Of a DNA stretch of 64,000 bases, positions 8,825 through 19,447 are shown piece by piece. The notes under the pieces are model-generated. The model saw only the letters and a program-made list of their open reading frames with translations, was not told the DNA's origin and searched no databases. The translations under genes and the position numbers were made by a program. Numbering within the stretch: the stretch's first letter is position 1; each line of letters begins with the position of its first letter. Origin of the DNA: Candidatus Brocadiia bacterium (GTDB lineage Bacteria > Planctomycetota > Brocadiia > CAIUPP01); contig JBEKCB010000005.1 of the NCBI GenBank assembly GCA_050015075.1, positions 64,001-128,000 on the forward strand. The letters run 5' to 3'.

Positions 8825-9286
8825 ATGGACCTTCAAGACGTCATGAAACTGCTCGAGCTCATGGAAGCGCGCCACCTGGAGGAGATCGAGGTCGAGCAAG
8901 GCGAAACGCGCATCCGCCTGAGAAAAGGCGGCGCGCCGCCGGTGGTGGTGCCCATCGCCGCCGCGCCGGCCGCAGCCGCGAACCCGCAAGCCGTTCCAGC
9001 CGCCTCCGACGCCGAGAAGGCCGCAGAGGCGAACCTCGTCAAGATCACTTCGCCGATGGTCGGCACGTTCTACCGCGCGGCCTCGCCCGACGCGGAGCCG
9101 TTCATCAACGAAGGAGACCACGTCACGCCCGACCAGGTCATCTGCATCATCGAGGCCATGAAGGTGATGAACGAGATCAAGGCCGAGAGGGAAGGCGACG
9201 TCGTCAGCATCCTCATCGAGAACGGCGAGTCCGTCGAGTTCGGACAGCCGATGGTGACCATCCGGCGCACCGGCACGGCACGGTAA
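8825..9286 (+). CDS. accB: Acetyl-CoA carboxylase biotin carboxyl carrier protein
   Basis: [10 protein letters not shown] and [10 protein letters not shown] biotinylation motif; start could also be 8813. Confidence 0.95.
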   Translation: MDLQDVMKLLELMEARHLEEIEVEQGETRIRLRKGGAPPVVVPIAAAPAAAANPQAVPAASDAEKAAEANLVKITSPMVGTFYRAASPDAEPFINEGDHVTPDQVICIIEAMKVMNEIKAEREGDVVSILIENGESVEFGQPMVTIRRTGTAR

Positions 9287-9291
9287 CCTGA

Positions 9292-10647
<1,356 letters not shown>

Positions 10648-10701
10648 CCGCCCGCGCCTGCCGTTAGTCAATCAGCGTTCGGCACTCGCCGTTCCAGTGT
10701 C

Positions 10702-12144
10702 TTAGCCGGCCTGCGGAATCGAAACCTCGAAGCCCAGGTAGCGCTCCAGCGCTTCCTTCAGCGGCGCCATGACGTGCCCGGGCGTCACGCTGGTGTGATG
10801 CCGATGGCCCTCGTACCCGACGTGCAGCAGCACGTCCTGCAGCTTCGGGACCTCCGCCACGCCCGCGCAGCCGAAGAAATCTTTGGGCACCGGGTCCTTC
10901 GTGAAGCGCCCCTCGCCGAGGTAGAACTTCACCTTGCCGGACTCCGTCGTCATGCTCGAGAACGTCATCGGCATCGGCGCGATCCGGCCGACGTTGCAGC
11001 CGAACGAATGCCCCTTGCCGACGGCGTTGCAGATGATCAGGTGATCGGAAATCTTTCCCTTCCCGGCCATCAGCCGCTGGGGCACCGGTCCGCAATGGAA
11101 CAGGATGCACTTATCCTCCGCGTCGCCGTAGTTATTGTTCCAGTCCAGGCATGCGGCCACGTCGCCGGAGGCCTGCTGAAGCGCGTACATGGCCACGGCG
11201 TTGCCGACGTCCACCTCGCACGCGACGGGTATCTCGCGGTCGTTCATCTCGCTGAGCACCACGCACGGGGAAATCTGGAGCTGCTGCTGCATCTCCGACC
11301 AGCAGCGCAGCGCGAGGGCCTGGAGATTGCACTCCGCGGCCAGATTGTCGAGCACAATCCCCAGCCGCACGATCGTGTCGAACGCCTGGTTCGGCACGCC
11401 GCTCCAGTCGCTGTACGACTTCATCTTCGCCGTCTTCTCGCGATAGGCCGCGCCGGCCGGACTCACGGCCCGCACGCGCGCGAAGATGTCCGAGAGGTCG
11501 AACGTCTCGACCGTGATCCCTTTCCGCTGCAGCGCCAGTTCGTCGAAGCGCACGGTCTTGAACGCCGTGGTGCGCGCGCCGACCGCGCCGACCGACATGT
11601 TCTTCATCTTCTTCACCACGCGGCAGACCCGCGCGAAATGGTCCAGTTGCGCGGCGAACGCCTTGCTCTTCGGCGAGACCGTGTGCGGCTTCAATGCCGT
11701 GAACGCGAGTCCGTTCTGATGGAACACGTCCATGATCGAGCACTTCCCGCAGAACGCGTCCCGGCGCAGCGCCGGCGCCATTTTGTCCAGCTCGTCCGGG
11801 TAGGCCTGGATCAGGATCGGCGTCCCGCAGTCCCTCAATGCCTTGATGGCGCCGGTCTCGTCGCCGAAGTTCGGCAGCGAGAGGATGACCCCGTCATACT
11901 TCCCCGCATTCCGCTCGAGGAACTCGGCGTACTTCTCCCCTTCCGCCGGCGTCTCCACCGCGCCATACCGCGTCGCCGATTCCTCCATCATGATCGAGTC
12001 GAAGCCGGCGGCCTTGACCGCCTGCGGCAGCTCACGGCGCGCGCCGGTCATCAGCGACGCCGGGAAAAACGTCCGGTTCCCGAAATACAGCGCAAACGTG
12101 ACTTTCGAATTCGCCTGCCGTGAGCCTGTCGAATGGATGGCCAT
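10702..12144 (-). CDS. L-fucose/L-arabinose isomerase family protein
   Basis: LPNFGDE, RRDAFCGK, RCW, ACEVD, FHCGP, HHT motifs; GGAGGG SD before ATG 12144. Confidence 0.85.
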   Translation of the reverse strand: MAIHSTGSRQANSKVTFALYFGNRTFFPASLMTGARRELPQAVKAAGFDSIMMEESATRYGAVETPAEGEKYAEFLERNAGKYDGVILSLPNFGDETGAIKALRDCGTPILIQAYPDELDKMAPALRRDAFCGKCSIMDVFHQNGLAFTALKPHTVSPKSKAFAAQLDHFARVCRVVKKMKNMSVGAVGARTTAFKTVRFDELALQRKGITVETFDLSDIFARVRAVSPAGAAYREKTAKMKSYSDWSGVPNQAFDTIVRLGIVLDNLAAECNLQALALRCWSEMQQQLQISPCVVLSEMNDREIPVACEVDVGNAVAMYALQQASGDVAACLDWNNNYGDAEDKCILFHCGPVPQRLMAGKGKISDHLIICNAVGKGHSFGCNVGRIAPMPMTFSSMTTESGKVKFYLGEGRFTKDPVPKDFFGCAGVAEVPKLQDVLLHVGYEGHRHHTSVTPGHVMAPLKEALERYLGFEVSIPQAG

Positions 12145-12392
12145 GACCGTCCCTCCTTTTCCGAAATAAACCGCGCACCCGCGCCGCAACGCATATCACG
12201 AATACCCGATACCGCGCAGCGTGTCAACTGAGAACCGACACGGTGCAGGCCCCTTTCGAGCCTTGAAAATACATCAGCCATGTGTCACAAGACGCCAGCT
12301 TGTAGCAGGACGCAACACAACTGCTCCCGGTCGCTGCCGGCTGAGACCTTATTGTGGTGCAAACTAGCCGCAAATGATCGAAAGCGGCCGGA

Positions 12393-12408
12393 AGGCACGG
12401 CTTTTGCG
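12393..12408 (+). promoter_or_regulatory. Putative sigma54 (-24/-12) promoter
   Basis: AGGCACGGCTTTTGCG, GG-N10-GC, close to TGGCACG-N4-TTGC. Confidence 0.6.
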
Positions 12409-12494
12409 ACAGGCAATTCGTGGACAGTGATACTGTTCAGGAACAGGGCATCTTTGTCGGTGCACCGCAGGTCAAGCCAACGAAAGGTTGCGCG

Positions 12495-13436
12495 ATGAGA
12501 TGGCAAGGGCTGCTCCTCGGGGCCGTGTTGCTCGCGTGCGCTTCGTGCTCCACCGATCGGTCTCAGCGGAGACCGTATCTCATCCTGGAGAACCTGGATT
12601 ACGCGGCGAAGGATGTGGAAGCCGGCAAAACGGAAGCGGCCGCGCAGCTCTACCAGGTGGTCCTGCTGGCCGACCCGATGAACGAAAAGGCCCGCGCGGG
12701 ACTGGCCGGCATCGGCCAGTATGACCGCTGCATCCTGGAGCCCTCCGTGCTCGGCCTCAACTACGTCTGCCGGCCTTTGCGCAATTCATACGCTCTGTGG
12801 ATCGCGCTGTACCCGGTCAACCGCTTGCTCAGCATCCTCGACATCGTCAGCTTCCACGTCGGCCTGGAGGGCGGCGCGTACGTGGACGCGCACGTGACAC
12901 ATGCCATGCAGGTCGCGGCCGGCGCGGGCGGCGGAATGCAACTGGGCTGGTGGATGAGGCGCGACCTCGCCGTCGGCTCGGCGCATGTCGCAGGGCTGGC
13001 CCTCGGTCCGTTTTCGGCCGAGAGCGAAGGCCTTTCCCGCTTCGGCACCGGCGGCATCCGGAGCAGTGCATTTTCCATCGCCGGGTTGAGCCGGCCGTCG
13101 GACCTCGAATACCAGCGCTACCGCGACTATTGGGGTGTCGGCGTCCGCGCGATCGCCGGCGTCGCCGGCGCGGAGGTGGAATTCCACCCGCTCAAACTCG
13201 TTAATGCGATCACCGGAATCTTCTTCATAGACTTCCTGCGCGAAGACATCGGACACACGCGAGGGCTCGACCTCGCGACCAACGAATTCGAGGCCATGGA
13301 GGATCTGATCAGCACGCTCAGTCCCGAGGAGATGCGCGCCCGAATGGACGGGCGGATGATTGCGCCTCCTCTGCCGCCTCCATCGTCGCCACCTGAGTCG
13401 GCTGAACCGCCCAGCCCGGCGCCCGCGGCGAAATGA
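12495..13436 (+). CDS. Hypothetical lipoprotein (TPR-like helix, Gly-rich beta-strand region, Pro-rich tail)
   Basis: MRWQGLLLGAVLLACASC lipobox-like signal; coding-like codon usage. Confidence 0.7.
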   Translation: MRWQGLLLGAVLLACASCSTDRSQRRPYLILENLDYAAKDVEAGKTEAAAQLYQVVLLADPMNEKARAGLAGIGQYDRCILEPSVLGLNYVCRPLRNSYALWIALYPVNRLLSILDIVSFHVGLEGGAYVDAHVTHAMQVAAGAGGGMQLGWWMRRDLAVGSAHVAGLALGPFSAESEGLSRFGTGGIRSSAFSIAGLSRPSDLEYQRYRDYWGVGVRAIAGVAGAEVEFHPLKLVNAITGIFFIDFLREDIGHTRGLDLATNEFEAMEDLISTLSPEEMRARMDGRMIAPPLPPPSSPPESAEPPSPAPAAK

Positions 13437-13530
13437 CGCCTCGGACGGGATTATGCGATAACCTGCCCGATAGGCGGCGCTTGTCTGTCCGCGCGCCATC
13501 GCCCTGCGGTTGCAAGCCCTGCTGCGTTTA

Positions 13531-13559
13531 TTCGCGTCGTCCGTGAACTTCGTGGTAAA
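13531..13559. repeat. 9-bp-periodic half element
   Basis: TTCGCGTCG TCCGTGAAC TTCGTGGTA AA, similar to 58861-58888. Confidence 0.5.
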
Positions 13560-13571
13560 CTCGTTCCTGCC

Positions 13572-15098
13572 ATGACGGATCCCGTCTCAGCCATCATTGA
13601 GTCCAGCGGCCTACTGCGCCCCGGCGAATGCCTGCGGTGCGAGGTCTGCTGCCGGTTCCCCTCGGCGGCCAGCCCGCTCGCGCCGTACTTTTCGCACGCG
13701 GAGATGGAACTGGCTGTCTCGGCCGGCATGCCGGGCGACGCGTTTCCGCCCGGCCGGTATGGCCCAGGGTTCTCCGCGCGGCTTGTGCCGGAAGGACCCG
13801 CCTTCCGCTGTCCGGCGTTCCGGCAGGCGACAAACGACTGCGCCGCCTACGCCGCGCGGCCGCTGGATTGCCGCCTCTACCCGTTCATGCTCCTCTACGA
13901 CGCGGACGGGAAGGAAGTCTTTCTCGGCCTTGATACGTACTGCCCCGCCGTCGAGGGAGCCAGCGCGCCGGGCGTTCACGATGCAGCCGACAAGCTGTCT
14001 TCTCTGCTCGACGGCGCCTGGCTGGAGAAGGTCATCGCCTCGCGCGGCATTGTCGGAGCGTGGAACGACCACGTCCGCCGTCTCAGGCCGCTCCCGGCGC
14101 TGACGCGCGCCTTGTGCCGGACGGACCTGGGCCTGGCGCGGCTCGTGCTCACCGCGCGCGAGCGGCTGCTGCCGTTCTTCGAGGCGCACCGCGGCGCGCA
14201 CTCGTTCCACGCCTTCGCGCCTATCTACATCTGGTCGGACATCTTCGACCTGCACTATAAAATCTCCGTCGAGCGCCTGCTGGTGTTCGCCGAGGAAGAC
14301 GGCGATTGCTTCCTGATCTGCCCTCCACTCGGATCGGGCGACGCGCTCCGTCCCGCCGAGGAGGCGCTGGCGGCGATGCGACAACTGGCCCCGCGCGGCG
14401 CGTCGCCGCGGATCCAGGATGCGGACGACGATTCCGCCCGGCGGCTGCTTGCCCTGAGCACTGTCGAAGGGGCTGGGTGGCGCATCCGCGAGACGCACGT
14501 CGAGTACCTCTATCGGCGCGCAGAACTCGCCGAGTTGCGCGGCAACCGGTACGAGAAGAAGCGCCAGCTCTGCAACCGGTTCGAGCATGACGTGAAAGAC
14601 CGGCGATGGCGGCCGCTGGATGTGGACGACTTGCCTCAGGCGATGGCGCTATATTCCCGCTGGCTGAAGGAGCGCACCGCGGCGCATCCGGACGCGGTCT
14701 ACGCCGCCCAGGCGGAGGCTTCCTGGCGTGCCTTGTATCGCGCGCTGCGCGAGGCAGAGCCGCTGGGACTCGTAGCGCGCGTGCTGGAGGCGGGCGGGAA
14801 AATGGCCGGCTTCACGGTCGGCTGCCCGCTGCACGACGGCGGGCTTGCTCGCCAAAGCCCTGAGCGCAGCCGAAGGGGCGACGGCGGGACCTTCCACGTG
14901 ATGTTCGAGGTCAGCGACCTCTCAATCAAAGGCGCGGCGCAGTACATGTTCCGCGAGTTGTGCCGCGAAGTGCAGTCGTTCGACCGGATCAACGCCGGCA
15001 GCGCATCGGACCTCGACAACCTCGCGCGCGTGAAGGAATCCTATCGCCCCAGCGAGCGGCTGAACTCGCATACGCTCGTTTGGAAGTCGGAAGTATGA
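13572..15098 (+). CDS. Fusion of a YkgJ-like CxxCxxCC Cys-cluster domain and a DUF2156 (aminoacyl-PG synthase C-terminal/GNAT-like) domain
   Basis: CLRCEVCC, CPAF, CAAYAARPLDCRLYPF; then EYLYRRAELAELRGNRYEKKR, KGAAQYM, NLARVKESYRP. Confidence 0.8.
   Translation: MTDPVSAIIESSGLLRPGECLRCEVCCRFPSAASPLAPYFSHAEMELAVSAGMPGDAFPPGRYGPGFSARLVPEGPAFRCPAFRQATNDCAAYAARPLDCRLYPFMLLYDADGKEVFLGLDTYCPAVEGASAPGVHDAADKLSSLLDGAWLEKVIASRGIVGAWNDHVRRLRPLPALTRALCRTDLGLARLVLTARERLLPFFEAHRGAHSFHAFAPIYIWSDIFDLHYKISVERLLVFAEEDGDCFLICPPLGSGDALRPAEEALAAMRQLAPRGASPRIQDADDDSARRLLALSTVEGAGWRIRETHVEYLYRRAELAELRGNRYEKKRQLCNRFEHDVKDRRWRPLDVDDLPQAMALYSRWLKERTAAHPDAVYAAQAEASWRALYRALREAEPLGLVARVLEAGGKMAGFTVGCPLHDGGLARQSPERSRRGDGGTFHVMFEVSDLSIKGAAQYMFRELCREVQSFDRINAGSASDLDNLARVKESYRPSERLNSHTLVWKSEV
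14448..14471. repeat. REP-like palindrome inside CDS (24 bp, in frame)
   Basis: CTTGCCCTGAGCACTGTCGAAGGG, encoding LALSTVEG. Confidence 0.6.
14844..14888. repeat. REP-like composite palindrome inside CDS (45 bp, in frame)
   Basis: Core AGCCCTGAGCGCAGCCGAAGGGGC is identical to the intergenic copy at 54445-54489; CGACGGCGGG occurs at 14834 and 14879. Confidence 0.75.
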
Positions 15099-15149
15099 GT
15101 GATGAGTGATGAAGTATTTCATCACTCATCACTCTTACTTCTCACCTCC
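15082..15149. repeat. 7-bp-periodic palindromic element
   Basis: GGAAGTCGGAAGTATGAGTGATGAGTGATGAAGTATTTCATCACTCATCACTCTTACTTCTCACCTCC; holds the stops of both convergent genes. Confidence 0.8.
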
Positions 15150-16924
15150 CCAATCACGCCCAACTTGATCTTCCTCCCCGCTTCATCGAAGTGGAAATAC
15201 GTAGGCTTGCCGTCCTTGAGTTCGATAATGTAGTTCCCCGGCGAGTCCTCTTCGACAAACGGCAGCCCGCTGAGGTCATTCTTGCCTTCGTCGCTCTCTG
15301 GGTACTCTTTCCGCCATCCGGCAATAATGGAAGCGGCTTCCTTCCTGTATGCAGCCAAGGTCGCAGCCGGATCACCGGCTGGCTTCATCTCATTTAGTCC
15401 CTCAAGAATTTCCCTGTGGTCTGCCACGGCGCGACGCCAATGCACCCTAAGCACCTGTGTCGGGGTTTTCGGCAGAGCCAGATAGACGCAGGCCCCAAGC
15501 AGAGCGGGCGCAAGGAAAACGATCATTATGATTTGGAGTGGAGGTTTAGGTAAAGGCGCCATTTCCGATTGCCCAGACTCGCGGGCTTGCTGTTCAAAAA
15601 CGTTCAAACGGCGCGCAGTCATTGTCAGCACAGCCAACGCGCCGGCCATCACCATCAACGCTATGAAGGTCTTTATTAGAGATTCATCGAACATGAAGAC
15701 GAATGCCAGGATGCCCGCGCCGATAACACCCACGCTGCTCAATAGAATCGCCGCGCCGGCCACGTCCCTTTTCCAACCGGCTGTTCGGCCATGACGATAC
15801 GGCCGGCAATATTTGACCGCGCAGACGATCGAGAGGAGAACAAAGACTCCCGCCGCAATCGGACTCGCCCAGGCCAGCGCCGTCTGCCGCATGTAATAGA
15901 CGGGACGGAACGGCGTCAGCGGCTTCCACGTCAGGTACAGGTCATCTTTCATTTGCTCCGGCGAGAGCGTGGCCGAGAGCGCCGTCAGGGCAAAGAAGCC
16001 TCTGCAGTACGATTGGAGCGCTTCATGCGACAACGGAATGAAGTCATCGCGGTCTTTATTTGCGTCGAAATCGAGGCGCCCAGCCCGCTGGCGCACGAAC
16101 GGCGCCGCGACCGCCTCCTCGTTCCCGACGGCATACAGGTCCAAGGCCACAGGCCCATTTTCGATGCCTGTCAATCGCATGGGATACACGGCGCGGGAGG
16201 TGGCGAAGGTGAAGGAGAGAGGGTGCGCTCGGAACTGTCCAGCCTCGGCAGACTCCCGTCGAAAACGGCCCGCGACAAAGACCCATCCTTCCTTGGCATA
16301 TTGCGTCAGCGCAGCCTGCCTGTCTCTTGCGACCTTGAATCCATTGCTATTGAGCCAGTCGGAGATGTTCTTTCCGTCCGTGCCAGATATCGTCACCGTC
16401 TCGTATAAGCCGACGATCTTTCGATCGAGAACGTTGATGCCACCGGACATCATCGGACTCGGAATCGGGCCTGCGGATCTAAACGCGGAAAACACGAAGC
16501 CCGATAACAGGACCGCCAGGATCACGAAAGTGACCACCGGCCCAGTCCACCGGCCGCTTTCTATGCCCCACCAAATCAGTATTCCGGCCAGGATTCCCAA
16601 TATTGGCAGACCCGGCCAGTCCGAACTGTAGCCTACAAGCCGCGGGCTTGTGATCGCCCGCAGTGTCGGGAAAAGTCCGGGCGTCGCCGCCTCGACTTTC
16701 GGCATGGACGGAACCGGCACGACCCAGGCGAACTCCGTGCCTTCACCTTCGATGGCGGTCTCGATGACCAGCCGCTCCGTCTTGCCGTCGAAGGTGATCA
16801 GCGCGCTCTGGTCGGGGATGCGCGGCTTGGCGATGCCCTGCACAAACACCGTGCCGTCGGCGAACGCGATGGCAGAGGCGCAGCACAGGATTGCGACCGC
16901 GCAGATGAGCCGGCGCACCTTCAT
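15122..16924 (-). CDS. DUF2330-like membrane protein, paralog B
   Basis: Signal peptide-ADG, PDQSALI, EFAWVVPVPS, VGLYET, WLNSNG, HPLSFTF, YPMRLT; several TM helices; C-terminal EEDSPGNY. Confidence 0.8.
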   Translation of the reverse strand: MKVRRLICAVAILCCASAIAFADGTVFVQGIAKPRIPDQSALITFDGKTERLVIETAIEGEGTEFAWVVPVPSMPKVEAATPGLFPTLRAITSPRLVGYSSDWPGLPILGILAGILIWWGIESGRWTGPVVTFVILAVLLSGFVFSAFRSAGPIPSPMMSGGINVLDRKIVGLYETVTISGTDGKNISDWLNSNGFKVARDRQAALTQYAKEGWVFVAGRFRRESAEAGQFRAHPLSFTFATSRAVYPMRLTGIENGPVALDLYAVGNEEAVAAPFVRQRAGRLDFDANKDRDDFIPLSHEALQSYCRGFFALTALSATLSPEQMKDDLYLTWKPLTPFRPVYYMRQTALAWASPIAAGVFVLLSIVCAVKYCRPYRHGRTAGWKRDVAGAAILLSSVGVIGAGILAFVFMFDESLIKTFIALMVMAGALAVLTMTARRLNVFEQQARESGQSEMAPLPKPPLQIIMIVFLAPALLGACVYLALPKTPTQVLRVHWRRAVADHREILEGLNEMKPAGDPAATLAAYRKEAASIIAGWRKEYPESDEGKNDLSGLPFVEEDSPGNYIIELKDGKPTYFHFDEAGRKIKLGVIGEVRSKSDE

Positions 16925-16937
16925 CGGCCCCTCAATT

Positions 16938-17005
16938 GGAAGTCGGAAGTGCGAGTGATGAATGATGAAGCACTCCGTCACTCATCACTCTGACTTCTCG
17001 CCTTC
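16938..17005. repeat. 7-bp-periodic palindromic element
   Basis: GGAAGTCGGAAGTGCGAGTGATGAATGATGAAGCACTCCGTCACTCATCACTCTGACTTCTCGCCTTC; holds the paralog A stop. Confidence 0.8.
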
Positions 17006-18771
17006 TCCCCGATATCTCCCAACTCGATCTTCCGCCCGTCGCCGTCGAAGTAGAAGTACGTCGGCTTGCCGTCCTTGAGCTCGATGGCGTAGTTCCCCGG
17101 CGAGTCCTCTTCAGCATACGGCAAGCCGCTGAGGTAATTCTTTCCAAGCTCGCTCTGCGGATGCTCTTTCCTCAGTCCGGCAATTATGGACGCGGCTTCC
17201 TTCCTGTACGCGGCCAGGGCCTCAGCCGGATCGTCGCCGGCATTCATCTCACCTAGTTCAATAAACATTTCCTCGTGGGTGAGCCTATTGAGGTCAACAC
17301 GAGAGGCAGCCCTGGGCATCATGAGCACCTGGGCGTCCGGCGCTTTCGGAAGAACCCGGTAGACGAAGATTCCCAGCAGAATGGGCGCAAGCAAGGCGGC
17401 CGTTACGACCCAGGAAGAAAGCGCAGATGGCGGCGCCGCGTCTGATCGCGAAAGCGGCCGCGGTTGCCGTTCAAAGTGGATCCAACCGCGCCAGCCAACT
17501 ACCAGCACAGCCAACGAGCACACGATTACTATTATTATGACGCTGAGCCGTAAGCTGGAGTCGAGTGTCAGACTGAGGATGCCCCAGACGAGACCGACGA
17601 TGCCGACCAGAATCCCCACGGCGGCCAGCGCGCTCTTCCAAAAGATCGCTCCGAGTTGATAGCGTCTGCGGTAATGGACGGCGCAGACGACCGCGAGGAT
17701 AAGAAAACTTCCCGCCGCGATGTGCCAGGCCCATTCGAGCGCGGTCACCTCCATGAAATACACTTGACGGAATGGAGTCAGCGGCTTCCACGCCAGGTAG
17801 AAGTCGTCCTTCATTTGCTCAGGCGAGAGGGTGGCAGAGAGAACGGTCAGGGCGGCGAATCCTTTGCAGTAGGACCGGAGCGTTTCGTGCAACACGGGAA
17901 TGGATTCATCCCGTTCTTCCTGCGGGTTGAAATCAAGACGCGCGGCCCGCCGGCGCGCAAATGGCGCGGCGGCCGCCTCGTCGTTGCCCACGGCATACAG
18001 GTCCACGGCCACAGGCCCGTTCTCGATGCCCGTCAGTCGCATGGGATAGACGGCGCGGGAGGTGGCGAAGGTGAAGGAGATCGGATGGGCGCTGAATCGT
18101 CCGGCTTCGGCCGAGTCCCGCCGGATGCGTCCGGCGACAAACATCCATCCTTCCTTCGCGTATTGCATCAGCGCGTCCTGCTTGCTTGACGGGACCTTGA
18201 ATCCATTGCTGTTCAGCCAGTCGGCGATGTTTTTTCCGTCCGTTCCTGATATCGTCACCGTCTCGTACAGGCCGACAATTTTCCGGTCGAGAACGTTGAC
18301 GCCGCCTGACATCACCCCGCTGACAGAAGTCGGGGCGGCCAGCATCATGCCCGCTAGGATGCACAGGATAAGGCCGATTATCAACGGCGCTATCCACTGG
18401 CCCCGTGCGATGCCCCACCAGATCAGTATTCCAAGCAGCGCCGCCAGTCCCGCCGAGAACCATCGGCGGCCGTCGAATCCAATCAGCCTGTCCCCTGTGA
18501 TTGCGCGCAGCGTGGGGAAAAGGCCGGGCGTCGCCGCTTCGACTTTCGGCATGGACGGAACCGGCACGACCCAGGCGAATTCCATTCCTTCGCCTTCGAC
18601 AGCGGTCTCGATGACCAGCCGCTCCATCTTTCCGTCGAAGGTGATCAGCGCGCTCTGGTCGGGGATGTGAGGCTTGGCGATGCCCTGCACGAAAACCGTG
18701 CCGTCGGCGAATGCGGCAGAAGACGCGCAGCAAAGGATCGCGACCGCGCAGACGAGCCGGCGTATTTTCAT
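16978..18771 (-). CDS. DUF2330-like membrane protein, paralog A
   Basis: Same architecture and near-identical conserved blocks as 15122-16924; same GAGGGGCCGATG start context. Confidence 0.8.
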   Translation of the reverse strand: MKIRRLVCAVAILCCASSAAFADGTVFVQGIAKPHIPDQSALITFDGKMERLVIETAVEGEGMEFAWVVPVPSMPKVEAATPGLFPTLRAITGDRLIGFDGRRWFSAGLAALLGILIWWGIARGQWIAPLIIGLILCILAGMMLAAPTSVSGVMSGGVNVLDRKIVGLYETVTISGTDGKNIADWLNSNGFKVPSSKQDALMQYAKEGWMFVAGRIRRDSAEAGRFSAHPISFTFATSRAVYPMRLTGIENGPVAVDLYAVGNDEAAAAPFARRRAARLDFNPQEERDESIPVLHETLRSYCKGFAALTVLSATLSPEQMKDDFYLAWKPLTPFRQVYFMEVTALEWAWHIAAGSFLILAVVCAVHYRRRYQLGAIFWKSALAAVGILVGIVGLVWGILSLTLDSSLRLSVIIIVIVCSLAVLVVGWRGWIHFERQPRPLSRSDAAPPSALSSWVVTAALLAPILLGIFVYRVLPKAPDAQVLMMPRAASRVDLNRLTHEEMFIELGEMNAGDDPAEALAAYRKEAASIIAGLRKEHPQSELGKNYLSGLPYAEEDSPGNYAIELKDGKPTYFYFDGDGRKIELGDIGEKARSQSDE

Positions 18772-18800
18772 CGGCCCCTCACTCTGCACTCCGCACTCTC

Positions 18801-19283
18801 TTACCGTCTTCGCCCGCGCTCGCGGCGGATTTCGCGGTCGGCTTCGCGCTTCTTGATCGTCTCGCGCTTGTCGAACTGCCGCTTGCCGCGCGCGACGGCG
18901 ATGAGCACTTTCGCGATGCCGTGCTTCCAGTAGAGCGAAAGCGGTATGAGCGTGAAGCCGCGCTCGGCCACCTTGCCGATCATCCGGTGTATCTCGCGCC
19001 GGTGCAGGAGCAGCTTGCGCGGGCGCAGCGGCTCGTGGTTGCGGATGTTCGCCTGCGCGTACGGCTTGATGTTCATGCCGAGCAGCCAGACCTCGTCCTC
19101 CTTGGGCCGCGCGAACGCCTCGGCGATGCTCACGTCGCGGTTGCGCAGCGACTTGACCTCGGAGCCGACCAGGCTGATGCCGGCCTCGAACTTCTCGAGA
19201 ATCTCGTACTCAAAACGCGCCTTGCGGTTGGTCGCGATGATGTTCTCTTCGGACGCCGCCGATTTTTTCTCTTTTGCGCTCAT
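18801..19283 (-). CDS. smpB: SsrA-binding protein
   Basis: NRKARFEY, EAGISLVGSEVKSLR, RKLLLHRREI, RGKRQFDKR. Confidence 0.97.
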   Translation of the reverse strand: MSAKEKKSAASEENIIATNRKARFEYEILEKFEAGISLVGSEVKSLRNRDVSIAEAFARPKEDEVWLLGMNIKPYAQANIRNHEPLRPRKLLLHRREIHRMIGKVAERGFTLIPLSLYWKHGIAKVLIAVARGKRQFDKRETIKKREADREIRRERGRRR

Positions 19284-19349
19284 GGCCACAGAATACTAGC
19301 ACGCGCCGCGGCAACCGGCAAGTCCGGACGCGGCAGACTTGACAGAGTT

Positions 19350-19426
19350 TTGGGTGATTGGGAGACTGGGTGATTGGGCGGTTGGGACGCAGGCGTCAAT
19401 CTCCAAATCTCCCAATCTCCCAATTA
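19350..19426. repeat. 8-bp-periodic palindromic element
   Basis: TTGGGTGA TTGGGAGA CTGGGTGA TTGGGCGG TTGGGACG ... GTCAATCT CCAAATCT CCCAATCT CCCAATTA. Confidence 0.75.
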
Positions 19427-19447
19427 CCGCTTCGTAAGGAGTCCACG

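Noticed and set aside
15082-17005. 7-mer palindromes as integron attC sites
   Set aside because: No RYYYAAC…GTTRRRY core ends seen and no integrase in the window
15122-18771. DUF2330 pair as DGR template/variable repeats
   Set aside because: Differences are block-wise and not adenine-specific, both copies are full ORFs, and no reverse transcriptase is present
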